From Chrysomallon squamiferum (lineage: Eukaryota > Animalia > Mollusca): a DNA stretch of 64,000 nucleotides. The position numbers were made by a program, and so were the translations under genes. The stretch spans positions 10,292,001 to 10,356,000 of the forward strand of contig CM022668.1 in the NCBI GenBank assembly GCA_012295275.1, given 5' to 3'. This document shows, piece after piece, positions 12,854 through 26,660 of this stretch (its first letter is position 1; every line of letters begins with the position of its first letter). The notes under the pieces are model-generated. The model saw nothing but the letters and a program-made list of their open reading frames with translations. It was not told where the DNA came from and did not search any database.

Positions 12854-13336
12854 TCATATTCCTGTTATCTTTTCATACGTATTACGTGAAAGTTCATTCA
12901 GCTTGAGTTTTTCGTACTCGTTCATTTCAATATTTTGACTGCTATTAACATAGACATTTCTAGTCGTGTTTTTCTCCAACTGATCACGCGATATCTGTGA
13001 ATTAACATAACTAGAAATCGTGCATACATCAGAGGAAGGAAAATTGGTGTAACCAGCAGATTCAGACAGAGTTTCCTCGTTTCTTTGTTCAATGTTCTCA
13101 TAATGTTCATCTTCGTGTTCTGAGTTTTGATGAGTTCTCACTCGGTTTACTTTAGACTCTCTCGTCGCATTTTTTGTCTTCCGTCTCAATTTTATTATCA
13201 AGCTGAGAAAAATAAACAATAAATAACAAAGAAAAAAGAAAAAAGTAAAATAAAAAATATACATACATTTGTTCATTGAATCTCTGTTTTTTCGTTTTAA
13301 TCCACCTAAGTTATATGTAAATGACGTAACAAGGCT

Positions 13337-13375
<39 letters not shown>

Positions 13376-14456
13376 CTATATTTTTTATATTTGTATGCTT
13401 CTCTTAATGCATGTATAAACGTGTGGATGTCTGCATCTCTATATTTCAGTGTGTGTGTGTGTGTGTGTGCGTGTCAGTGTGTGTGTTTGGCATGCATGTG
13501 TGTTCGTTGAATCATTACTCCTTATTTCCCCCTTTTCTTATTGTGTACATTTTATCTTCGTATGTATGTGTGTTAGTATGTGTATGCCAGTGTATGTTTG
13601 TATGTGTGTATATGTGTGTGTGTGTGCATATTTAAATATATACACGTATATGCATGTAAGTATGAACGTAAGGATGCACGTACATGTGTGTGCGTTTGTG
13701 TGTATGTGTGTATGTGTGTGTATAATACAGACGTAATATTTCGTACCAGACAGTGACGGAGATGAAGATGACAACTGATAAAATGTATACAACAGAAAAG
13801 ACGATGATAATCACATCTTTGCTCACTTCTGATGAACTGACTGCTATGTAAAAGTAAAAACAAAAACAAACAAAAAAAATTAAAAAAACAATAGTATGAA
13901 TTAAGAATGGTTATGGAAAGAAGGAAGAAAAGAGTATGCCAAAATATTTTTCTTTTGTGTATTATTATGAGACATATGAGTACATGTGTTATTATATATG
14001 TGCATCGGTTCCCTCAACCGAACCCAGATTGTACTAAGCAAGACATCTATGTCATTTATTTATTTATTTACTTCCGATTTGGTGATGATGAAGTCGTATC
14101 ATTAATGAATTATTGTGAATACAGAAGTTGTGAGTTAAAAACACAGTGATAGCTATCTTTCTTAAAACATAATCGTAGTTTCAAAATATATTCCCAAACT
14201 AACTTAAATGACAAAAATAGATCGGGAACCTAATTTTCTTCAAACAAGTTGTAATTTCATCACACTGTTTGTTAAGTTTAAACAAAATATGGTCCTTGAT
14301 TCCCAAGACATCAGCAATGTGAAATAAATGCTAATACAGCAAACAAATAAGCCAACAGATAAATAACTAAAGAAATACATTTTGCAATATTTTTCTGGAC
14401 AAATAACTTGAGTATTATGTCCCAGCTAAATCTAAGCCCTCTTTAAATTCGGCCAC

Positions 14457-14492
<36 letters not shown>

Positions 14493-17400
14493 ATGCTGTA
14501 CTTCATTACATTACTGATTAAATCAAACTTGACCATTTACATTAAAATCCGGAGTATAAATTCTTCCAAACACTTAAAACAATTTGTTAAAACTGAAATT
14601 TTAGACTCATGAGAATGTTAACATTGTCATTACTGGTATATGATTTGGTGCAAGAAAACAAATATGGGTAACGTGTAGCTTAGATTCCACTCCACCCTTC
14701 CTGACATTGTCCACAACATGAGCCTATCAAACCCATGAATATACCAACTTTGTTTGCTAATTATTGACTAACTTTCCTTATATACATACTTATTTACTTA
14801 CACAAATGTTACTTTTCAGATAACATATATATATACATCCATTTCTTTATCTACCTACCTATCTGCCTGTCTGTCTGCCTCTATATCGAGACGAGAATAT
14901 TTGTGTCTGTGCATTTTATACAACTAGTCTGTTTTTATAAATCCTCTATGGATTATTTAAACGCAATATGATAAAACTAGGTGAATATAGTTACTTATTG
15001 TATGAAGACACTGACTTTTTATGACACAGATTCCATGAGGAAACTTACGAATGTATAATGATAATTAATGATTGTATTATGACACTTACTCACTGTACAG
15101 TCTGGTTGTTCCCAACCTGCAACACAGCCATCTTTACATGTTCCATTCTTTGTGTCACAGTCCTGTCTACCTTTACAATGTCTGTCACCACAAGACATGT
15201 TACAGTTGTATCCATACGTGCCACTGCAAACTGAAAAGGGAAAAAGAAACGAAAAGTAGAAGAGAAGAATGTAAAACATATTGCTGAAAATATACAGTTA
15301 TTAGATAACGTCTATCTATCTACAAGTAAGAAATGGATTGAAAATACAATGTCGAACATTGCAATTCTTCATATTCATTGGTGTCTCAATGTTCTTGTTT
15401 TTAAATGCTTGAATACTTATGTTTAATTTGTGACGAACGACAGACACTCAATATTTATTACTAACTAAAAGAGAACTTTCTTTTATTATAATCATCGCAA
15501 ATGATGTTTGATTTTTCTTGATGTTTTTTTTTTGTTGGGATTTTGGGGGGATTTATTCTGGGTTTCACAGGATTCTGAACTTATATATACATTTATACAT
15601 ACATACACATATAATACGTACACACGTAATGAATACATACATACATACATATATCATTTATACGTAGCTGCATACATGTATGCATACATATATAAATACA
15701 TTCATACATATTTAACATTTTTGGAATAAAAATGCATTTCTTTTTAATTCACTAGTAAATACGTACTGGTTGTACAGTCTGTAGACTCGTATCCTCTTTG
15801 ACAACCATCAACACAAGTTCCATTCACATGATCACAAGTTAAATCTCCAAAACATTTACGTTCTTTACACAACTTTGAACACTTCTGTCCATATCTATCT
15901 CTGGAACATTCTGAGATACGGCAACCATTCGCATTATGTGCTTTGAAACCTACTGAGTTTTTTTTACTGAGACTGGTTGTTTTGATAAGGCTTACCGATT
16001 ACGTTATTTTTAACATAAAGTCTTAAGAAAATACAAACATTATTTATTAATCTTTCTAGTGGTTTCTCTCATTTTACATTTAAATACAGTATGAATAATA
16101 CTTATATCAGTATACACTAGAGATTGCCTTTATTTAAACTGACTTTCTACACGGCTTTCAAATAAATCTTGTTTTAAGCAGCCATACTGCTTATTGATCA
16201 GCACAGTTTTACTTTAAATTCTTGCAGACTAATGTAGAAAACACAGATGTATCTGTATTTCTATGTAATATATATCTTACGTTGTTTGCAGTCAGCTGAA
16301 ATGAAGCCTGCAGTGCAACCATTGTCACATTTTCCTGTTACGTTGTTACACGTTGATGAACCTTTACAGTGTCTGGTAGAACAATCTTCACCACACAACA
16401 CACCATAGTGACTGGAATCACACACTGAAATACAAACACAAAATTGTTATAATAAAACATGTCTATCGTGAGTATCCATAACAATGATATTAAACTTATT
16501 CACTTTTCAACAGTAGCCAGATTTTCTTAAAGATGAATACAAGATAATATTGATTATATAACGAAGTATTTTATTATGATGTCTGTTTTCTGAAAGAGAT
16601 CCACACTCATGCACTGACACTCAGATATTTATTTTTAATATTAATATTTATCTATTTATAAATCCTTAACGACTTAAATAATTACAACAGTCAATTTCAT
16701 GTTAATGAACTGTTTATCATGATTATTATTTTCTGTATCTATTTTCTGTATGATACCATTACACGAGGACCCAGTCCAGTTAGTCTCACATCCGTCAGAA
16801 CATTTTCCAGTAGTGTAATTACAGGGATGTGTTTTACAATGACAAAACTCAGTACAGTGTTCACCATACGTTCCAGAGTCACACACTGAAAAGTAAATGT
16901 AAATATAATAATCGTGAGGAATTAATATATATTGTGCTTTAGTAAACTATAATAAAAAATATAATAAAAGCCTTTCTTATGAATGTTCTTGTATCACATA
17001 TATAAAAATAAATTAAACAAAACGATTGAAAAATAATAATGAATCAGATTATAGTGATAATTCCGATGATAGCAATGATATATATGTATGTGAGGGCATG
17101 TATGTGTTTATATATGTATGCAAATGTACGTATTAATATATATTGTTCTTTAATATATTATAAAAAGGTGTCTGTGCGTTAACATAAGTATGCAGATGTA
17201 CGTGAATGCCTGTGTATGTATATAAGTGTTTCTAAATTAGTCGACTAAATGTTTCTGCATCTAATGAATGTAGTTACAAAGTCTACATACCAAAAACTTG
17301 GATTTCACAAAAGTCCATACCGAAGTCGCCTTTGTTTCTGTAAAGTGTGATGTATCTAGCATTCTGATTACAGGTCAGATGTGTTATATGTGGACTGTTT

Positions 17401-18406
17401 TTATCTGTTTTACCACACAAGTGTCCTGTGTTAATCTGGTTTACCTCCTTAGAGCTGTAGAGTTCAACACCATCTCTTCGACCAGTGTCTAAAAATTAAT
17501 AAAAGTGTTATATGTCTCTATCTATAAACATACACATATTTGTAAGCATGCATGCATATAGACACACACACACTAATTAATCAATAAAAACAACTACAAC
17601 AAAATAGGAAACGACAAGTTGGCACTATGCTAAATATAGATTAAAAGAAACCGTTACAAGAAATAAAGAATTAAGTGGTCGCTAAGGAATCTATAAACAA
17701 GATATTACATCAGCACTATCAAAAGTTTAGTGTAACATTTTGTAATAAATAATGTAAGATGTGGATGTGTTTTTGTACTTCCTTGAGAAATATAATTTAA
17801 ATAATGTGTGTAAATGTATGTCTCTTTCTGTACTTTTTGTTTGTTGTTGATTTTTTTGATTTCTTACAGCTTACTTATTAAAACATTTTCTAAACTAAAA
17901 TTATAAATGAACACTAAACAAAGAACAAGTAATGATAAATAAAATAAACTAAATAAGTAAAAACAAAAATAAGTAAATTACATAAAAATTAATAGTAATA
18001 AAAATATTATTATATATACAACGTTTACAACGACTACTACTACCACCGCTACCAATACTATTAGTATTACTACTATGACTATATTAAAATCAAGTCTAGT
18101 AAAAAGTATAAAAAAATGTATGAATGTAAGTAGAGGTAAGGTAAACTTACAATCAGTTCTGAAGTAAATGATTACTTCTTGTATGAAATAAAAATCTCCC
18201 AGGTCTACCTGCCACCAGGTGGGTTGTTTATTAAGGTCTGTTAGAATACAGTAATAATTAATAGTCCGTGTGACACCATCTACTGCCAGTGAAGAATTCT
18301 GATAATGGAATTGATAATAGGAACTTTGTGTGGTCTTCTTACCAAACGCAACGTTTTCTAGGACAAATAAATAAAACTACGTTATAATTATTCACAGATG
18401 TTACTG

Positions 18407-18446
<40 letters not shown>

Positions 18447-19773
18447 CGGTACTGGTTCTTCTACTACAGTTATTACTATTGGTACTGATTTTACTACAAT
18501 TACTCGATCTTATAAATATATATATATATCTTACACTTACCAAAATACATGCCACAAAAACACATGCACACACATACCTACACACAAACACGCACACATA
18601 CACAAACATGGAAATAAATTAAGTAATACACGATTCATATATATATATATATGCACACTAATTCATAGATGTATATAACATACTATCAAAGACAGTGCAC
18701 CCATGTAGACAAACATTCATGGAAATTATGAAGTTTAAATATATTTACCAATTGTGCATTTTGGACCTGACCATCTGCTTTCGCAGGATTTAGGGCCGCC
18801 ATTACATCCTGTGACGTCATCACAGTTATTACTTTCACAGTGACACGTATAGTTACAGTTCAGTCCATAGGTCCCTTGTGTACAGTCACCTAGCAACACA
18901 GTGAGAGATCAGTAATAACAACAGAAGTGTAATAAATGTCACTGGAAGATGTCTAAAAATATACACTAAATTAATCTTGATAGCCGACAGTTAAAAACAT
19001 GATAATAAACAAAAAAGTCACAAAGAAATATATAGAAGTATAAACAAAAAGAATGTTTTAGATAATCTCGTTTTTGTTTAACGTGAAAGCCGCTTATCTC
19101 TTAAGCTGTGTTTCATAAGATGCATTCTTTTATAATCTACAGTTAAAAACATGATGATAAACAAAAAAACAAATAAATACATCGAAATGGAAACAAAAAT
19201 AATGTTTTATTGAAGTACTATTTTAATAATTCCATCTTTAAAAATTGATTGAACTTATTCCGTATTTTAACTAAGGTTTCCACAAAAGCATTGGTGCAGT
19301 TTTATTAATTTTCAAAATTTAACATCACAAGCCGCTGACCAGACTCTAACGTATGGCAACCATTCACCCACACTTCTCAGTCACCCAAACAACCTTAATA
19401 TTATAATACAGTGTTACTGTGACAAACAAATTAGAAAGTACAATTACAACAATAATGATAATGATGATTATTGTAATAATAATATAATAATAATAATAAT
19501 AATAACAATAATAATAATAATAATAATAATAAATAGTAAATAAAGTGTAAAAAATTAATTACAGTTAGATTGTACTATATAACATCTAGTAACGATTTCA
19601 TTATACTTATCCACACATCTATATATATATACAGTCACACAAACAGACATATATCTGTATGTCTAAACGTGCGAGTGTGTTTATGCTGTGTATATATAAT
19701 TACCTGACACGTATTCAGTCTTGAAATAAATGCACAACGCATAAATACACAAGTAAATCCAACACCTCAACAT
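12854..19773 (-). CDS. R2: intact SP-EGF-F-type lectin-(EGF)x4-TM receptor with tyrosine-rich ITAM-like tail
   Basis: Exons: 19773-19704 (SP); 18889-18749 (EGF); 18357-18151 and 17488-17291 (lectin); 16885-16757, 16424-16281, 15910-15767, 15230-15090 (EGF); 13843-13747 (TM); 13202-12854 (tail with YENI, YTNF, YVNS, YVNS, YEKL-x9-YEKI, stop). Open frame throughout. Confidence 0.9.
14670..14725 (-). pseudogene. Decayed EGF exon remnant in R2 intron
   Basis: Translates to GSCCGQCQEGWSGI*, homologous to the intact R4 exon 29371-29228 (GSCGGQCQEGWSGIDCT). Confidence 0.6.
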
Positions 19774-20826
19774 GTTTTCTGTCCTGAAACAACAAAATCT
19801 ATTAACTTTTGCAAAGCCTCCGTTCTTTATCTGTGTCTACAGAGTTATGTCAGATAAGAACAAACCATAAAACACACATTCTTCAGCAGGTTGTTATAAA
19901 TACACTTACTAGAGGTGTGTCCTCTAAATGTTTTCGATTGTTTCTTTCAAAAGTATCAAGCTGAAATCATAAACATAAATTAATGTTATCAAACAAGTTG
20001 ACTAGGAAGATGTCTTTTTTATTTCCATGCAGGAGCGTATCCTTGACATTAAACTGGGTACCTGTGTCTCTCTGTCTTACTATATCTATCTATCTATCTC
20101 TCTATATATCTATCTATCTATCTATCTATCCATATATCTATCTGTCTGTCTTTATATATCTATTTTAACACACGCGAACACAGATGTCAGTTGAAAGACA
20201 AACATTGAATTTTAAAGCGAATTTTGTTTTAATTTGTTGGTTTTTGTCTATATATTTATTACTTTACTAAAATAAACCAACATTTATTTACATATTTTAA
20301 AATTAATGTTTTCTTTACTGTACAGAAAGATCACTCGATTCTGATTTTTGTTTCCTATCTATTCCTCGGAGGCCTCCTCAGAATTTCATTTCACAACCCT
20401 TTTCAGTCTTTCCTCATCTGACCCTGCAAGTACTTGAAAATCTTCCAACCTCTGTTATCGATCACTTACGTTAATGATTTATAACGAGACTTTTGTTAAA
20501 CTACCCTAAAACTGACTGTGAACAGAAATTACTTTCATGAGTGGTTGTCGAGTGACACTGTTGTATATCTACACACAGAAAAAGAAGAGGGACACTATAT
20601 TTAAGAGATTTTCTAGCAACAAAATATAAAAATAAAAACTACTAATAAATAAATAAATAAATAATGCAGTAAAAAATAAAACAAAAATAAAAAAGTGAAA
20701 CAAAATAAATAAAATAAATAATACTTTCATTTGTTTAACTTTATTTTAACCTTTCAGTACGAATCAGGTAATATGAAAGTATATCACATGCATACATAAT
20801 CCAAACAGTAATGCAAATATACATAC

Positions 20827-20939
<113 letters not shown>

Positions 20940-21504
20940 CAGAGAGACAGAGAGAGAGAGAGAATAAGTGGCGTGCTAAAGAATTTGACAAACATTTAAA
21001 TAAGGTAATAAAAGGTTAAAGCAGACGAGAGAGATTCATTTTATCTTTATATGTCGACAGTTAAACATTTGTAACACTAGAAAGAAAAATGTTAATTGGA
21101 GAGCGAAATAATAAGGTAATACTTCAATATGCAAATAGTACGAGAAGTACGTAACATTTAAATACACAAATAAATTTAAAGTTACGTGACATTTCAATAT
21201 ACAAAATAACTTGAATAACGTAATATTTATATACACAAATAACACGAAATTAACATAAGTTTTTAATGCATAAATAACATGATAAAAACGTAACATTTTA
21301 AATACAGAAATTGTAGGAATATAATATAATACTTAAATACCGAATGTTCTAAAATAGGGTACATTTTTACTTACATAAATATAAGAAAATGAATACTTAA
21401 TCTGATTATACAATTTGAACTCGATACACAGTTTTCGTTGCCGATTCGATTTCACAGTCAAACAATTTAAAATGTATATAAATTCGTATTAATCAAATTC
21501 AAAT

Positions 21505-21959
21505 TCATGCTATCTTCTCATACGTATTACGTGAATTCTCGATCCACTTTAGTTTTTCCTACTCGTTCATTTCAATATTTTGACTATTATTAACGTAGTC
21601 ATTTCTAGGAGTGTTTCTCTCCAACTGATACCTATGAATTAACATAACCAGGAACAGTGAATACTTCAGAGTAACGAAAATTGGTGTAGTCGACAGGTTC
21701 AGACAGAATTTTCTTGTTCCTTTCTTTGATGATATTGTAATGTTTCTCTTCGTGTTCTGAGTTTTGATGAATTCTCGCATTGTTTAGTTTAGACTCTCTC
21801 GTCGCATTTTTTGTCTTGGATTTTAATCCTCTGATCAAGCTGACAAAAAAGAAATAATTATTCGTTGAACCTTTAGTTTTCCTTCTATTTGATACACCTA
21901 ATTTATGTATGTGTATATAGTTATGCTTCTATGCATTTTTAATGCATGTGTACACACAT

Positions 21960-21997
<38 letters not shown>

Positions 21998-24607
21998 GTA
22001 TTATGCGTGTGTGTGTGTGTGTGTGTTTGTCAGTTTCTGTGTGTGTACTGAGTTCGTTGAATGTGCTTGTTTTATCTCTTATTTACGTGTACGTGTGTTA
22101 TGTTTGTATGCATGTTTAATACATCAGTATGTGAGTGAGTAAGTGTATATGTGTGTTTGCTAGTATTCGCAGTATTAAAACACACATACATATACACCTA
22201 TATGCATTTATAAATGTGTATGTATCGGTGTTTATATCTTTGAATGTATGTATGTAAATGTATATGTATGAATGTATTGTTGAATCTTGTATTTTCCCTT
22301 TTATGGTATTTATGGTATATCTATACACGTGCCTGTATGCATGCATATACTTATGTATGTATGTGTTTGTATATGTGCGTATATGTATGTATCTGTGTAT
22401 GACAGATCTAAGAATTCGTACCATACATTCACGTAGACGCATATTGCAACTGATAAAACCAGTACAACAAAAAAGATAGTCACATCTTTACTGACTCCTG
22501 ATGAAGTGACTTCTATGTGAAACAAAAAGAAGAAAGAAAAAATGAATTAAGAAATGAAGGGAAGGAAGGGCGAAAAGAGAATATTAGTATCTTTTTTGTT
22601 TTCTGTATTATTTTGAATAAGATATAAAGAAAAACCGGTATAAAAATGTGTATTTGTCTGAGTGTATGTGTGTGAGTGCGTCCATATGTATATACAGCTG
22701 TTTGTTCAGATGAACCTACATCATTTATAGGTAAGACTGTTATATTATTTATTTATTTATTTATTTATTTATGATTTGGTGATAATGAATTAAATTATAA
22801 TTTGAAAACATAGCGATAGATATCTTTCTTGAAACATATTGTAAGATTCAAAACGCATTGTCAAATGAAAAAAATAGATCTGGAACCTAACTTCCATAAT
22901 AGAAAAAAATACTACACTGACAATTAACTTCCAAAAAATTTCTTCGATTCAAAGACATTGCCAACATAAAATAAATAGAGTAAATGAAAAAAAAAATTAA
23001 AAAGTTAAAAATAAATAAACACAAATTAATAGATAAAAAGTAAATAAATTCACTTTGCAGTATTTTTGATAACAAATAAAATAAAGTGGCATGAGATATT
23101 AAGTAATCCAAACGTGGTATTTTAGTATATCTAAATGTGGATATAAATATTGTATATGCTATCTTAACACTTCTCATCTTCCGCACAAACATTTCATGCA
23201 GTACAGTGATACATTTAAATTTGGCTGTAAAAGTAATCATTACATTTAGATACCAAATTTTAATGTAGTCATCACAGACAAATGAATGTGTCATGATTAG
23301 ACTTTAAAAAATTCTAAGAAAAATACAAATTAAACGGTAGAACAGAATTATACAATAAAATAAAACAAAAAATATCTATGTTATATCATAACAGAATCAA
23401 AAATGAAAATAGATGAAATTCGATAATATGTGAAATACAAAAACAATTCAGTATGATTTTAAAAACACTGAATGATGAAACTGACTGTATGATGATATTG
23501 ATTGTATGATGACACTTACCAGTTATATGATGAGACTTACTGATTGTATGATGACATTTGACTTTTAGATGACACTGGTTGTATGATTACACTGACTGTA
23601 CGAAGAGTCTGTGATTGTATGACGACACTGATTGTTTTCTGACTTCTACTATTTGTATTATGACACTTACTGACTGTACAGTCTGGTTGTTCCCATCCTT
23701 AAAGGCAGCCATCTTTACATGTTCCATTTATCGTGTCACAGTCCTGTCTACCTTTACAATGTCTGTCATCACAAGACATGCTACAGTTGTATCCATACGT
23801 TCCATTACAACCTGATTTAAATTAAAACTAAATTAAGGAAGGAATAAATAAATAAATAAATAAATAAAAACAATGAGAAAGCAATAGCAACAACAGCTAG
23901 TACAACTGGTTAATGAAACTGGCTCTCCTTGCTACCACTTCATTTGTACAGGTTTTCCAAAAGTACTACGACATTCACTACTTCTGTTAGTACGTCTACT
24001 ATTCTACTGGTGTTAATACTACTACTATTGCTACGCTTGCTGTTTCTACTACTACTATTACTACTAACTCTACTCCGACTACAACATACTATTATTATTA
24101 TAGATTATACTATAAATACGTTATAAATATATAGCTACTGCTATTGTTATTGCCACTATAGCTACAATTATTAATAATGATATTAGCATAATTAGCGTCA
24201 TCCGATTATGATGAAATGTATTCACGAAACCAGATATCAAAAACTATTGGTTTATTTGTACACTTTATAATTGCTTTCTCACTGTTCGACCGTTACATCT
24301 TTTGATAAGATACTCTGAGAAAATAATTAACAATTTACAATAAAATAAGAGATTGTTTTTTCCTTTACTTAGTTGTATCTATTTGTGTAAGCATTTATAT
24401 ATCTACGTGTGTATATGTCTACTTGACACGTCCACAAACACACAAACACACACACACACATACCTACATCTGTATCAAAATATATGTGAATATGTATATA
24501 TGTGTATCTGCGCGTGTTAATATGTATATATATATATATATTCACCTATCTACCATCTTTCTATCAATCTATCAATCAATAAATATCTGTCTATCTATCT
24601 GTCTATC

Positions 24608-24691
<84 letters not shown>

Positions 24692-24697
24692 GGGAGG

Positions 24698-24788
<91 letters not shown>

Positions 24789-24901
24789 AACACATATACA
24801 TATACATACATACATATGTACATAAAATTACCTGACACGTTTTCAGTCTTGAAATAAACACACAACGTAGAAAGAAATAAGTAAATCCAACAGTTCAACA
24901 T
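21505..24901 (-). pseudogene. R3: reduced paralog (SP, one EGF, TM, tail) with disabling mutations
   Basis: Exons: 24901-24832 (SP); 23811-23671 (EGF, in-frame TAA at 23701-23699); 22512-22422 (shortened TM); tail from 21839 with a frameshift/stop at 21632 and the first ITAM-like Tyr codon changed to TAG (21561-21559). No lectin exons present. Confidence 0.85.
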
Positions 24902-25211
24902 GTTTTCTGTTCTGAAACAACAAAACCTGTTAACTTTTATAAAACCTCCTTTCTTTATCTCTCACTACAGAGTTATGTCAAGTAACAACAAATCATAAAA
25001 CACACATTCTTCAGCGGGTAGATATAAATTTACTTAATAGAATTGTGTCCTGTAAATGTATTCGATTGTTCCTTTCAAATGTGTCAAGCTCTAATCTTAA
25101 GTGTAAAATTAATGTTATCAAACCAGTTCACCAGGAACATGTTTTTATCTCTAGGCAGGAGCGTATCCTTGACAGTTAAACTGGGTACCTGTGTGTCTGT
25201 CTGTCTGACTA

Positions 25212-25245
<34 letters not shown>

Positions 25246-25931
25246 ACTATTTATCAATCTGTCTATCTGTCTCTCCATATGTTTGTCTCTCTGTATCAAC
25301 ACACGCGCACACAGATGTCAATCAAAACACAAACACTGAATTTTAATTTTTTAGTAATGGTTTGTTTTTAACTATGTATTTATTACTTTACTGTACTATT
25401 TAAACAAGAATTTATTTAGATACATACAACATTTTACTGTACAGAATAGATCACGTGATTACCTTTTTTCTTTACTATCTTTTCTATGGAGGCCTCCTCA
25501 GAATTTCATTTCACATCCCTTCCTTGTCTTTCCTGATTTGCCCCTACAAGTACTTGAAAATCTTTCTGCATTTGATATCGATCATATACGTTAATGATTT
25601 ATATCGCGATCTTTGTTAAACTACCCTAAAACTGACTGCGATCAGAAATTAGTTTTATGAGCGGTTTCGAGTGACATTGTTGTATATCTACACACAGATA
25701 AAGAAGAGGACACTATATTCAAGAGATCTTCCAGTAAAGACATTAAAAATCAAGCACTAGAAATAAATAAAGAAATAATAGAAAAATAAAATAAAAATAA
25801 AAACATGAAAAAAGTCAAATGCAAATAGAATACAATTAATGATACTTTCTTGTTTTTTAACTTTATTTTAAACTTTCAATGCGTATATAATATGCATACA
25901 TAATCCAAACACTAATGCACATATACATATA

Positions 25932-26034
<103 letters not shown>

Positions 26035-26660
26035 GTACAGGTTTCAAAAACATCATAAATAGAATAATAAAATGTAAAAGCTGAAGAGAAAAATCACATT
26101 TAACGTTAGTTCACGTTTATATATTGACAGTTAAACATTTGTAGCAACAGTTTGAGCAGTGTTATAAGAATAGCGTAATAATATCGTAATATTTAAATAC
26201 ACAGATAATATGATTATAGCGTAATATTTTCACTACAGAAATAAAATTCGAGGAAGCTAAATTTTAAATATAGAAAAAACACGACACTGACGTAATTAGA
26301 TAAACAGTATTAAAGTAACGTAACATTTAAATATAAAAATAACTTTAACTACAAAATAACGTAATATTTAAAAACTCAAATAACATGAAAGTAAGGTAAT
26401 ATATATATATTCACAAATAACACGAAAATAACATAATATTTGAATGTACATGTAAGATGATAATAACACGAAGATATTTTAATACTTAAATACCAAATAT
26501 CAAAATCCAGTAAGTATTTTTAGTTATAGAAAGGTAAGAAAATGAATACTTAATCTAAGTGATTACACATTTTTAGCTTGATATATAATTTTCGTGGCCA
26601 ATTCGATTTCAGAATAAAACATTTTTTTAAATGTATATAAAGTAACATTAGCACCGACAA

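Noticed and set aside
12854-19773. Assigning MEGF10/Draper/SCARF1 or PTPRK/PTPRA gene symbols
   Set aside because: Similarity is limited to generic EGF repeats or the PTP domain. There is no EMI, MAM, Ig or FN3 domain and no NPxY, so orthology is unsupported.
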